Origin: the human T2T-CHM13v2.0 reference genome, Homo sapiens
Length of the DNA: 64,000 nt
Reading direction: 5' to 3' (one strand)
NCBI RefSeq assembly: GCF_009914755.1
Contig: NC_060935.1
Of this stretch, positions 24,050 to 39,059 are shown in pieces (position 1 is the stretch's first letter; each line of letters starts with the position of its first letter). The position numbers and the translations under genes were made by a program. The notes under the pieces were generated by a model that saw only the letters and a list, made by a program, of their open reading frames with translations, had not been told where the DNA came from and searched no databases.

Positions 24050-24589
24050 TATGTGGGAGGCAGCTACTACCATTCCTCTTACAGAGCAAGAACCTGAAGC
24101 AGATGCTAAGTGCCTTGATCAAGGGCTACATGGTTATTAGTAAGTGGCCAAATTGGGTTCTTACCAATAGTAACAATCACAACTGGTTCACTGAGAGCTT
24201 ACTTTACACTACACGATGTGTGAAGTGCTTTACATACGTTTTCTCATAATAGGTGATGAGGCAGCTACTCGTTACTACTCCCATTTTAGGGAAAGGATGC
24301 TTAGAAAAACAGACTGATTAACTTGTCCAAGATCCACATCTTGTGAACAGCAGAGATAGGATTGAAAGGTGTACTATAAAGTGAGGGCATTGACTGGGGA
24401 AAAAAAAAAATAAGTTAAAAAAAAAAGGTGTACTAGACTGAAGCCCACAATCTTTCAATTACAGCACACTATTGAACCTTGAAGAGAAAGCAACTTAATA
24501 CCCAAAGGCCCAGAAGAGCACAGTGGTAAACTGGACTCAGCTTTGCACATGTGGTCAAGACTGTGGCTGTGACCCCAGCAGAGGGTTAC

Positions 24590-24730
24590 CTTGTCCTGCA
24601 GGGCTGCGCTGAGCTCCTTCTCCAGCTGGGCCTGCTTCTCTAGCCACTCCTGAGTGGCCTTGCTGTGCTCCTCCGTCAGCTCATTGAGGGCATCCTGTAG
24701 CTGCTGCAGATGACTGGCAAACTCCCGCAG
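24590..24730 (-). CDS. NUMA1: NUMA1 exon (LREFASHLQQ...SAALQDK)
   Basis: AG/GT boundaries, 141 nt. Confidence 0.95.
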
Positions 24731-25079
24731 CTGAGACGGGCAAGTGAGAATCCCCATCACCCAGAGCTGACCCCACCACTGCTGTCTGCTCCCAGAACCC
24801 CAGGGGCTGGATGCCTCCAATTATCCTGCCAACCCTCTACAAACCAATCACAGCCATCACACCTCTAATTCAGAACTACAAATCAACATTTAGGGTCACA
24901 GCCCAGTACCCGGGAAGCCGCCAATTATGGGATAAGGAAAGGGGCAAAATATGCAGGTCTCTGGAGAGACTGAAGCATAAGACAGGTGCTGGGACATTCT
25001 TCTCAACCCTCTCTTGGGGAGCCTTCCAGACCACCTCAGCCCTGAGGGGCCTCCATGCACACACCACCTTAACACCCAC

Positions 25080-25197
25080 CTTAAAGGAAAGGTCTCCATT
25101 CTCCTCCGAAAGCTGGTTGATTTTGCGATCCATCTGGCTCTTCTCTGTCTTCAGGTCCTGGCACTGCTTCAGGGTTTCATGCAGCCGCATGGTAAGG
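25080..25197 (-). CDS. NUMA1: NUMA1 exon (LTMRLHETLKQ...DLSFK)
   Basis: AG/GT boundaries, 118 nt. Confidence 0.95.
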
Positions 25198-25292
25198 CTG
25201 CGAGGGAGGGAAGCAGTGAGAAGAGAGTATGGGTTCCTGGCTGGGTGAGGGGAGGGGCTGGGGCCTGGGAAGGAATGCAGGGAGAGCTGTAC

Positions 25293-25410
25293 CTCTCATT
25301 CTTGTCACGCAGCTCCTCAAGCTCCTTGGGCTCCAGTGGGCTGGCCGCCTGCTTCTCATTCAGCAGGGCTAGGCGGTCAATGCGCTGCTGCATCATGGCT
25401 ATCTGTGCAT
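25293..25410 (-). CDS. NUMA1: NUMA1 exon (AQIAMMQQRIDR...DKNE)
   Basis: AG/GT boundaries, 118 nt. Confidence 0.95.
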
Positions 25411-25719
25411 CTGCCCAGAGTGGAGGGAGGAGGAGAGGAGAATCAGAACTATGTGCATGAGCGGAACTATGTGCACAGAACTATGTGCACAAGGGGAAGG
25501 GAGGAGGCGGCATAGGGAAGAGGAGGAATATGGTATCCAATCTAAGGGAAAGAGAAGATGGGGACAAAGACAGAACCTAGCTTCCAGGAGGTCAGCCTGA
25601 CCACAGGCCCAGGGCTGAGCTCTCAGCTCCAGGGGCCAGCAGAGGGGACAACATGGGAGGCCAGGGGACATCCTTCCGGCAAGTCTATTCACACATCTGC
25701 CAGTGTGCCAGCCACCTAC

Positions 25720-25877
25720 CCTTCTCGGTGAGGAGCTTGCGGTTCTCAGCTAGCTCCAGCTCCAGCTCATCCCTATTACTTCTCTCATCAGCAAGCTGCT
25801 TCTTCAGCCGTCTCATCTGGAACTGTGGGGTCTGCAGGATATCACCCATGGGAGAAGCTGGAGAACCTGAGAGAAAG
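25720..25877 (-). CDS. NUMA1: NUMA1 exon (FLSGSPASPMGDILQTPQFQ...LTEK)
   Basis: AG/GT boundaries, 158 nt. Confidence 0.95.
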
Positions 25878-26390
25878 CTGAGGAGGGAGAAGGCCCATAT
25901 GCATTGGTAAGCGCCTAAGATCTGAAGCAATCAGCAACAGGCAGCAGTAAGGGAGCGGGGTCTATGGAAGTGCGCACTAGCAGCTGGGAGGCCTGTGCAC
26001 CTGGGTTGTTTGCAGTGCTACCTCAAGCCTCATGACATGATCTTGGGAAAACTTTTCTTCTCACTGCCTTAATTTCTTTGTCAGAAAAAAAAAAAGTGAT
26101 ATATTCTCCTTGGCTCTGCAGAGATGTGCTAAGAGAAGAGACTTCATTGTAGTCTCTGAGGAAGAAGGGTATTCCATAAACAGGGAACAGCTTTTGAGGG
26201 AGGCCTTCTGCACATGACAAATCCCAACCACTTCCCCCAGTTAATACTGGGTGAGGTGAGGAGATCCCAGATCTACCGGATACTCTAAGCACTCCCAGAG
26301 GCTGGTTAACATCTTAACTCTAGAAGTTAGGAATGTGAGGAATGGATGGATGCTGAGGCCCTATCCCAGGAGGAGAGGCCCAGAACATAC

Positions 26391-26514
26391 TTGTTCCCAC
26401 TGGAAGAGGAGGCAACCTTCTGTAGCTCTAGGAAGCGAATCTCCCTCTTGGCCTGGTGGCTAGGTGGGGAGAGCTCTTCAGGGAATGTGCTAGAACAGGT
26501 AGAAGGCACAGGAG
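26391..26514 (-). CDS. NUMA1: NUMA1 exon (PVPSTCSST...SSSGN)
   Basis: AG/GT boundaries, 124 nt. Confidence 0.95.
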
Positions 26515-27487
26515 CTGGGGGTAAGAAATAGACAAAATAAATCAACAAAGGTTAGTAAGAAGGTGAAAAGATTTGCACCTTTATGCAATTTGAGAACTCG
26601 CCTTAGTGGGAGTATATCCATGGATACTTATATGTAAACTACCAAGGAAGGCACTGGGCAGAACCTGAAACCTGGTGCCTGGGTTATCCAGAGTTCCGTG
26701 TCTCTAACCAAAATGAAGTGCAGGGCTTCCATTTCTACAGAGCATCATTACTCAGAGCACAGTGGAGTGACGGTGTCCTCTGGCTCAGAAACTGCACCAA
26801 GTGCTCAAGCTTTTTCCTCGAGTCCACACTGCAGAGACGGCTTGGGGAGCCCTGAGCAGGATCTCCTTGCAGCCCCCAACAACCTTTCCTATCAGAGCCA
26901 TTGGCCACCATTTGGAATTCATCCCCCCTGAAGCCTTGCACCTCCAAAATGCCCTCCTCCTCAAAACCCTTCTCTTTCCGTGGTTTCCGTGACCCCTTTT
27001 GTAGGACTCTCCTACCTCTAATCACCCATTCTTAAGTCTCCTCATCTGCTCCTCCCTCCTCTACCCACCCTCTAAGCTCCCAGAGATCTGATGGGGCCTC
27101 TTGGCTCTGCCCATAGTGCCCACGGCTTCAGTGGCCATCCAATGCTGACTTGCAAACCTATCTTCTGGTCCAGAGCCTGCTCCTGAATTCTGGACTCACA
27201 TTTCTAACATCTCCACCTGAAGGTCTCATGAGGAACCTGAATACAAGGAACATCAAACTCAACGGCTAGAACTCGCCTAGACCTCCTTCTTACATTCCTA
27301 TCATCCACCAGCTGACCTCTTCATCAGAAGACCAGCAGAACGATCACTCTTTCTACTGTAGTACCAGCCGAGGCCATTGATATATTCCGTACTTAGATTC
27401 CTTATCATTATTTCCTGGTTTATGTATCTGCCTTTCCACCTAGAACATGCACTACATGACGGGAAAAACATTTTTTAAAAGACTGTG

Positions 27488-27812
<325 letters not shown>

Positions 27813-28100
27813 CTAAGCCTAGAGTAATGATTGTTTAAAAAATAAAAAACAAAAGTAGGTATGATCACTTGTAAATATCCTACATAACTGCTGCCAGGCA
27901 GCAAGGAGGAGCTCCATAGGAACTGAGATGATACAACATGGCCCAGAAATCGACCTACTCCATTACACACACTTTTCCTGAGCATCAACTCTGCCTTGTG
28001 TTGGGGACAGAAACAAACCCCCACCATACTTGACAACTCAGGATCCTAGTATTCCCCATTTCAGAGATGAGGGGATTCTCAGGAGTGTGTACCTACTTAC

Positions 28101-28188
28101 CTTTCTGTAGGAAGTTCTCTAGGTCCTCATTAAGGTTTAGCCCGTCCTCATGGTCCAGCACAAATTTAAGAATGACAGCCAACTCAGC
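28101..28188 (-). CDS. NUMA1: NUMA1 head exon (AELAVILKFVLDHEDG...FLQK)
   Basis: AG/GT boundaries, 88 nt. Confidence 0.95.
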
Positions 28189-28520
28189 CTGGGCCACAGG
28201 GAGAAAAAGAGCATCACTTAGGTGTTAGGCCTCTGAAGGGATGGCTGCCAGGAGCTCCACCCTGGCAGTGCCAGTCCCCGGCTCCCTCATGCCCTAGGAG
28301 CCTGCTGGATCCCATTCTCCCTCTCAGAGCTGAGGTCCTATGACCCAGCCAACAACATTCAACTAGAGATATGTTCACCCCACTTGTCCCCTTCCCTCCC
28401 ACCTCCCCTCAAGATGTACCGAAGTCAGAGTTCCTGACTGACTTAACTCCTGACCACAAGTGAAGTGACTGTTAAGGAAAGTAACACAATCAGAAAGTTG
28501 CTTTTATTGTTATTGTTGTT

Positions 28521-28826
<306 letters not shown>

Positions 28827-29233
28827 TAACTATGTTGGCCTCTTCCAGATGACCCTACCAGAGGAAAGGATGAGATAAATGAAGTGAAAGTTCTGTGGGG
28901 AAAAAAAAACACACACACAGAAACACATATAGGAACAGAGAATAATTTCTACGTATTATCCTAAAACACATTACAGTTAAACATATGCACATAAAAAAGG
29001 ACTTGAAAGTACATCCTTTAAAAAGTTAGCAAACTCTGGGAATGAGTTTATCGGCAACTGTTATTTCCTCCTGCATGCTTTTCAACGTTTCCCAGACTTT
29101 CTATGATGAATGGCAATAATTGCTATAACTGTATTTTTAAAAAGTCCAGTATCTGCTGTTCAAAGAAAAACAAGTCAGGTGAGGTGAAGCATGGGCTAGG
29201 CCTGCTAGGTGGCATGGAGGCACAAGGGCTTAC

Positions 29234-29314
29234 CTGAATTTTATATTCAAACTGTTCCCAGTCCCTGGGACTTTTGGAGCTCATGGTAGAGTGGTATAAG
29301 AGCAGCATGGTCAT
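29234..29314 (-). CDS. NUMA1: NUMA1 head exon (MTMLLLYHST...EYKIQ)
   Basis: AG/GT boundaries, 81 nt. Confidence 0.95.
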
Positions 29315-29958
29315 CTAGAAGCCAAACAGGAGGCAGTCACTGAGTGGGGCTGTCTCTCTTCTCAGTGTCCCCATTCTGGGCTGTTCTGGGGACTCTGAGC
29401 TATTCCGGTGACTCTTCTAAAAGTCCTGGAATTCAGCAATCCCAGGCCACCATCCTTAACAGCTCCAGGAAACACTTTTTTTTTTTTTTTTAATTAAGGA
29501 TAGTGTACACTGTACAAAAAGCTGAGCGCCAAGATTCCTGCATGGCTCAATTCCTGGACTCATGGAACCCTGGGTGTGAAGCTTTAGGTACCCTCTATAG
29601 GCCAGCACCCAGAAAGAGCAGAGGGAATGACTTAAGACTGAGCTATAATAAAAATATGGTGATAGCCGAATGAGACCTGATTTCTGCCAGGTCTCCACCG
29701 AGGCCCACAGTAATGGTCTAGTAAACCATTGTTTGTTTCATAATCTCTGTCATAAGATCATGGGCTCCTAGAATCCTTGGGCTAAATTAGCCTCTGTCTC
29801 AAGACAGGTGGCTGCCTGGTTCTACCTCCAACGTACTAGAGCCCCAGAAATAAAGCACCCATCATCTCCCCTTGGGTTAAGAGAAGGCCCTGCAGGGTCC
29901 CTCAGGTACCATCACCCCAACCCTGCCCTGCCTCCCCAGTCTGGTATTCCATAGGTAC

Positions 29959-30041
29959 CTTCGCCAGTTCCAGCTCTGATCCCTCTAGCACCTTCTGTGC
30001 AGATACCAGGCATTCTGGGGAAGAGGGATGTTTTCGATTTT
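29959..30041 (-). CDS. NUMA1: NUMA1 head exon (NRKHPSSPECL...ELAK)
   Basis: AG/GT boundaries, 83 nt. Confidence 0.95.
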
Positions 30042-31167
30042 CTGCAATGACAACAACGCAGAAAACAGGGTGAACTTCCTGGAAACCATACCTGAGATCC
30101 CAGAACACTGAAATCTGGGGAGCAGAATGGCTATCTCTGGTGGGGCTATGAGATGTAGGCCTCCTTACTCCTATGGCCTCTTTCCCCTGCCTTACAATTT
30201 TCCATCTGAAGTCAGTTCTATCCTGGGTCAATCCAAGGGCTACAGGGATAATGGAAGAAGAAAGCAGCCTCGGAATTCACAGCAACTCTGGGTCATGATG
30301 TTGCACTCTCCCACCCACTCACCAACTCTCAGCACCACAGAGGAAGAGCCCAGAGATGCCAGGTCACTTTAGAATCCTGTTCCAACTGAGGTCACAGAGT
30401 AAACCTATAGCTGAGTCAGAAAAGGACAACTAGGGATACGTGACTCTTATACTGCCCGAGGGTCTGGGCTCAAATTACTAACACCTTACTTTATCTAAAT
30501 AAAGCCTCACCTTTCCTATAATTCTCTAGGGGTGGAGATGGCAGCTAGCTCCCCATGTCAAAGACGAGGACTCTGTGGTCTAAGGCTGGACAAGGGGAGG
30601 GGAACTGAAAAGCACTGTACTAGAAGCTTTGCATGTGTTCTTATTTAATCCACCCATCCACTTGAAGAGCAGTTATCTCCATATTATAGATAGGGAACCT
30701 ATGTCCAGAAAGGTCACACAAGCAGTGAGGGGGGTCAAGATCAACCTTAATGTGCCTCTGCCCCTACACCTATCGCCTAAGCAATTAATTCAAAGTTATC
30801 TGGGAAAAACAGTTTTTCTTGCAAGGGAAAGAGACTCATTCTCTCTTCTGTCTCCTTGAAGTTCAGGGAAACAGAAACTTAAGGTGCTCAAAGAGTTAAA
30901 AGTGACAGGTCCCAAAAAGTAACCTTCTGGCTCCACCTAGATCTCCGAGAAGGGCTCTGGGACTGAAGGGACACTCTTCTTACACCAACTGATGAAGGCA
31001 TCACAAGACCCAGGGGATCTGAACCAGCTGTTTTCATCTTTGTGTTAAAGAGTGGGGAGCCTTGAAATTTTTCTCCTCCAGACACCCATGAACTAGTTCC
31101 TCTGGACTCTCCAATCCCACGAGCTGAGGAAGCAGCTTCTTCATAGCTGGATAAGAAAGGTGCTTAC

Positions 31168-31247
31168 TCTGCAGAAAACTGCACACAAAGTCCAGTCTCT
31201 CTGACACCGGCTGCTTCAAGATTTGCTGTCCCTCTTCAGTGCCATGG
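31168..31247 (-). CDS. NUMA1: NUMA1 head exon (HGTEEGQQILKQPVSERLDFVCSFLQ)
   Basis: AG/GT boundaries, 80 nt. Confidence 0.95.
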
Positions 31248-31785
31248 CTAGAAAAAGAGCAAGTATTAGGACCAGAGTATTCAGCAATCTTTGCCTCCTT
31301 GCTGCTGCATTTCATAGTACCTCCCCATTCCTTCCAGTCTTGATCTCTGCTGGATCTGGAAGAGATCCAGATCAGATCCTGGAGGCAGGTGACAGATACC
31401 AGGACACCATTTATCCAGATGGAACTGTGTGGTGGGTGGGAAGAGGGGACTTGAGGCATGGGGTTCTTCTGGAAAAGATGGCACTCTGCCACCCTATTTG
31501 CAAACATAAAAAAGCTCTGTGGAAAGGGGCCGAGAGGAGATGGAGGCAGCACAGATGAACGGGAAGCTATATTACACCATCTGGAATGGCTCAACTCTAA
31601 ACTGTCAGGAAGCCTGGAGAACACACCTAGGTTAAGAGTGAGAGAAGACCATGGGGAGGGAAAAACATCCAAGAACTGAAAGAACAGGAGGAAACAAGGC
31701 TCTGAAGTGACAGGGTGAAGTTCCCCCACTAGGCTGAAGGCTGAGATGGCAAAAGCCTCCCAGAGGAGGATCCCAGGGACTAGAG

Positions 31786-32082
31786 TGTTGTTTGTTTGTT
31801 TGTTTGTTTGAGACAGAATCTCGCTCTGTTGCCCAGGCTGGAGTGCAGTGGCACGATCTCGGCTCACTATAACCTCTGACTCCTGGGTTCAAGCAATCCT
31901 CCTGCCTCAGCCTCCCAAGTAGCTGGGATTACAGGCATGGACCACCACGCCCGGCTAATTTTTGTATTTTTAGTAGAGATGGGGTTTCGCCATGTTGGCC
32001 AGGCTGGTCTCAAACTCCTGACCTCCACCCACCTCAGCCTCTCAAAGTGCTGGGATTACAGGCTGGAGCCACTGCGCCCAGC
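31786..32082 (-). mobile_element. Alu with (TTTG)n tail
   Basis: Antisense Alu flanked by degenerate TSD ggactag..tt. Confidence 0.92.
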
Positions 32083-32195
32083 TAGGACTAGTATTCTTGA
32101 TTAGTGGTTCTTGTCTGTACTTGCTTAACTGGAAGAGCGGGCAGTGTGAAGAGAGCCATGAGGAGAGGGAGACAGCAGGGGGAGCTCTCACACAG

Positions 32196-32390
32196 CCCAG
32201 GAGGCTGAGGCAGGAGAACTGCTTCAACCCAAGCGACAGAGATTACAGTGAGCTGAGATCATGCCACTGCACTCCAGCCTGGGCAACAGAGCGAGATTCT
32301 GTCTCCAAAAAAAAAAAAGAATACTAGTCCCTGGGATCCTGCTCTGGGAGGCCTTTGCCATCTCAGCCTTCAACCTAGTGGGGGAACTTC
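32196..32390 (+). repeat. Inverted duplicate of ~31717-31910 (Alu 3' arm plus unique flank)
   Basis: 32321-32390 is the reverse complement of 31717-31785 with about 3-5 mismatches. Confidence 0.9.
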
Positions 32391-35342
32391 GCTGGATCCC
32401 CTAGCTAACTGCAGTTCCATTTTCAGAAGCAGCAGGTGAAATACCACTTCAAGTTAGAAAGCTGAATTCTCTAGGCTACAGTGGGAGATCCTGATTAGTG
32501 GGCCCCTTGCTTCTCAGAATCTACACTCCTAGTTCTTAGCCAACTTTCTGGAGGGCAGGGCAGGCCCAGAACCTTCCAATGCCAGAGACATCCTGCAAGC
32601 ATAAGCATCATCCAAGCCAAGACTATGAGTGTACCTCCCCCCATACCCCATGTGATTACACAGGCTTCTTCCAAGTGAATCCCTCCCAGAAGCACTCTGT
32701 CTGGATAGTTGGTCTGAGATCAGAGACTCCTACAAAGTCTTGAGGAGATGCTAATCTCTTACAGACTCCCAAATGAGCCATTTTCCCTACCCACCCACAA
32801 TCTGGAATGTTGTGACTCCTTGGCTCAGTGTAGAGCAATATTTACCTCAGAGTATTCCATTAATTAAAATAAAAAGAGGTTCTCAGGTGAAATGTTTAAA
32901 AAATGCTGGGTTAAACTGAACATTTTTTATAGAAGAAGATACAACATGCATTATTTCCTAAACCTATTTGACCACAAAACCCTTTTCCCCCACCCCCTAC
33001 AAAGCCTGGTGTAAGTAAAGCTGCATGGAGCATACTTTGGACAACAGTAGTCCTAGAGAAATCCAGCCCATCCTTTAAGACTGTGTTGAAGTCTCATCTC
33101 TGTCAGGAAGCCATCCACAACTCCTGCCAGTCATGCCTCGGCTGTCCTCCAGGTCTTCCTGCAGCACTCATGAATGCAACTGCACCATTTACAACTGCCC
33201 ATTCCAACTGCACTAGCTGAAAGCCAGGAATAAAGTAGGTGCTCAATACATATGGGCTGACTGACAACTGAGGGATGCTTTTTACTGAGAAGAGCAGAAA
33301 TAAAAGTCAGCAAGACAAAAATGTCAGAACTGTAAGTTTTCTGGCAAAATGCCTCCACTATACTCTGTTATTCAAGCTTCACAGCTATCAAACAGACGGG
33401 ACAGCCTTTTTTGCTTTAGACTATTCACGCACAGAAGAACCAAAAGGGAAACTTGTCAGAGGGGTTGATCCCAGTTAATTTTCCCAGAGAGAAGGCCAAG
33501 TGGCCAAGCAATTAAACCCTCAACTCCCACAGCTTATTTTTTTTTTAATTTTTTAAAGAATTATTTTTCTCAGGGTGCCCCTTGTCCAGTGTGCAGACAG
33601 GAGCCACCCAACTCCCACAGCTTCTATCTACCCTCCAACCTTGCCATCCTCTGCTGCCTTCTGCTGAGAACTAGGCTGCTGATTTAGGTTGGCACCAGTA
33701 GCGGTATCAGAAATGTAAGAGCCAGAACATATTAACTAAGAACCTCCATTTCCCAAAAGGAAGCTGGTCTGCATTGTCCTGGATCTGAGATGGAGATTAG
33801 CATTAACCTGGGATTTCAATATCGCCTACCTCCAAGCCCCACTTCTACTGCAGCCTAGGTTCAGGCAACACCCTAGAAGACAACTTGCAAATGAGCATCT
33901 TGAATTTTTGGCCCTTCCTATGAAAATTTCCTACCAGGTTATAAACCTACAGTGGCTAACCCAAGGACAACACACATCCTTACTCTTGGGCACATCTACT
34001 GCTCTTGTCACCAGGCCAAGGAAATTTCTCTCTTCAAAAGCAAAAGTTCCTTGATCTATTTTGAAGTCAAAAAAGCATGCTGCCCCATATTGTGTGTTAC
34101 AATACAAGGCATATTATACCTGGCTGCTTCACTTTTAGTGAGGTTAAAATTAAACAGAGAGTTAGGTATTGCCAGACTAATGGTTTTACCACCCATTAAT
34201 GTCAGGTGCCTGGATCTATCACTTCCTTAGGGTTTGCAAAATAATGATTTTCAACAGAAGTTGCAAAATGCTGACTTACAGGTGGTACACAACCCCAACT
34301 ATGAAGTATCCTTGACAAAAAAAAAAAAGTGAATCAAGCTTAGATCTAATTATCAGTATATAGGCAACAAGGGGAATAGTGGAACAAGTTAAGCCGTACC
34401 ATAATAATGCAATTAACAAAATCCAGGATTTAAGGATTTCTATAAGATTAAAAAAAAAATGAGGTGGTGTCGAGTGGGGAGAGAAAAAAGCAGGAAACAA
34501 AACTGGTGAGAGGAAATGACCCCCTGATGAAAGATCTTAAACACCAGGCTGAAGATTTTAGATTTCTACCTATTAGAAATGAATATTCACTGAGGTTTGA
34601 TGAAGAGTCACTGAAGTGTCACAAAGAAAACAAGATTTGAGAAAGATTCTTGAGAACTCGTGCATAGGAATGAACTGCAATAAGGGCAGATTAGAGAAGA
34701 ACTAGGCCATGAGGGCCTAGTATCCAGAATGAGGCAGAGGGAGGGACGCTGGATGTGAGCAGAGAGGATGATGACCAATTAGAGATCAGCGCCAAGGAGA
34801 CAGAGAAGTCAAGATGATGTTGAAATGTCCTGCCTGGGTAACTGGGAGAGAAAATGGTACTGTCTGGACCAAAATAAGAATAGTGACTTCTTTCAGAGGT
34901 ACTAAGGCAGGTCCTGGTTAGAGCCATATGGAATATTAAAAAATCCTGTAAGATAACCCACGATCAACACACACTTCAAATAAAAACCACTTTAGCAGCA
35001 GACCCATCTGTCCTGGGCCACTTGGCCCCGCTAGACCTTGCTGATAGAGAACACCAACTCATCTCTTCACTCAACAAACATTCACTAAAACCTAAACAAT
35101 GTAGCATCCTAAGCTAGGTAGGGAGGACCCCAAGATGAATCAGACACAGTTCTAGCCTTTGATAAGCTTAATTCTACCTTCTTTCCCTATCAATGAGCTG
35201 TTACCTATGAACAGGTAGCTAAAGTGCTTGCTTCAGAGATATGAGTCCCTGATACCAGTTCCTAACTGCCACGTATGGCACATAAACACCTTCAACACTT
35301 CAGTCTATCCTTGGCCTGGGGCAAACAATCTAATGTGCTTTT

Positions 35343-35375
<33 letters not shown>

Positions 35376-36099
35376 TGACAACTGACCTATGCTTGGTCCC
35401 AGAAAGGTAGGATACTGGGAGGAAGCCCCACTTTATTCATTTCCGAGATAACTGTGACGTTCAAAGGAAATGTGCTAAAGACACAGACCAAAAGGCCAAA
35501 CTACAATCCTTGCTGCATGGTAACAACAAGCTTATTAAATGCTCATGGACCTCAGAAATCAAGTTAATTGAAGCAGTAAAAACCCCAGAAGTGTACTTAT
35601 TTTATAATGGCTTAGAAAGAGGCATATCTGTACTGTGCTAACAAGTTAGAGATGAGATTTCTAGGTGTTTCTTCTTTCCTTCAGATGTGAGAGCTTCCCC
35701 TTTCTTCCCTCAGAAGGCTGCAAAGAGGGCTTGTGGCATAGGGTAGGGATGAGTCAAGAAAGGAGGGTTGTAGAAGCCTTCTGGTGAGACAAGAGATGGG
35801 GAACCCAAGAGTGAGCACTTGGAAGAATGTGAGGGCGTGGAGCCTTGGAGGTTCTCCTGTGCAAGAATGCAGAAGCCTCAGGATGGGACAAGCGTAAAAC
35901 CTCTCCCATGGAGTGGTACAGCAACTGGAAGATGAGGTCAATGTATTCTTGCCTTTAGGCCCCACCCTGGCTTATGATGTCCCAATCCTTCCCCTGATTT
36001 CTGGTCATAGCCATCATCAAGTAAAGAGAACAAGTACAGCCCCCACCCCAGCAATCAGCTTTGCCTTAGAGGCTAGAAAGGGGTATGGTGCGTACTCAC

Positions 36100-36185
36100 A
36101 TTCTGTCAATGATCTTGATGAAGATGCTGCAGTCCTGGAGCTGCAGCACAGCCTCCACAGGGTCAGCCACGTGTAGACTGTTCAC
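36100..36185 (-). CDS. NUMA1: NUMA1 second coding exon (VNSLHVADPVEAVLQLQDCSIFIKIIDR)
   Basis: AG/GT boundaries, 86 nt; Hook/CH-like head. Confidence 0.95.
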
Positions 36186-36640
36186 CTGTAAATCAAAGGG
36201 AACAGCCTAGTGAGACCGTTAGAAGCAACACATGGTTTGCTCCTTTTCCCAGAGGCTTAATGTGAGTGCTTACAGTTGTAGACTATAGGAATACAAGAAC
36301 TGATGATTCTCAGGTTTTTAATTTCAGGAAGGAGTGCCGTTGCACTCACTCATCCAGTTACAGCCACCTGATATGCAACCATCAGAGAGCCCTTCCTTTG
36401 GCTTCAACTAAATAAAAGCTTAAACTTTCCTAAGATGTTCCAGCACTGGGAGTATTTTGGAAGGATACACCAATAAATTGGTACTACCACTGCTTCTAAA
36501 GAGAGGAACTTGACAGCAGGGAGTCTGAGGTGGGAAAAGAAAGGCTCTTACATTATAACTCTCTGTAGCTCTTGAATGTATTATAGCTCTTTGTATTTCT
36601 TGAACGTTTACATTATAAGTTTCTGTATCCCTTGGATTTT

Positions 36641-36860
36641 TATATTATAGTCCTTTGTGGCTCTTGAGTTTTGAAATATCTATTCAAAACTTAAATATTA
36701 CATATATGCTATACACTCCCACAAACATATAAAATCTTATTAATACATTTTATATTATAGCCCTTTGTGGCTCTTGAGTTTTGAAATATCTATTCAAAAC
36801 TTAAATATTACATATATGCTATACACTCCCACAAAGATATAAAATCTTATTAATACATTT
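36641..36860. repeat. 110-bp direct tandem duplication (2 copies)
   Basis: 36641-36750 vs 36751-36860, two mismatches seen. Confidence 0.95.
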
Positions 36861-36949
36861 TTATTCTTTCCACACATAAAGCTTTGGCTGAGGGGAGAAG
36901 GGAAAAACAATAGGGGAACAAGATGATTTTTTAAAAAGGGGGTGGAGGG

Positions 36950-39059
<2,110 letters not shown>

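Noticed and set aside
31034-31867. 277-aa minus ORF in frame with a NUMA1 exon
   Set aside because: Starts at a non-ATG codon inside an Alu; only 31168-31247 is NuMA sequence.
36551-36860. CRISPR-like appearance of the ~30-bp repeats
   Set aside because: Eukaryotic intron, units abut without unique spacers, no cas genes.
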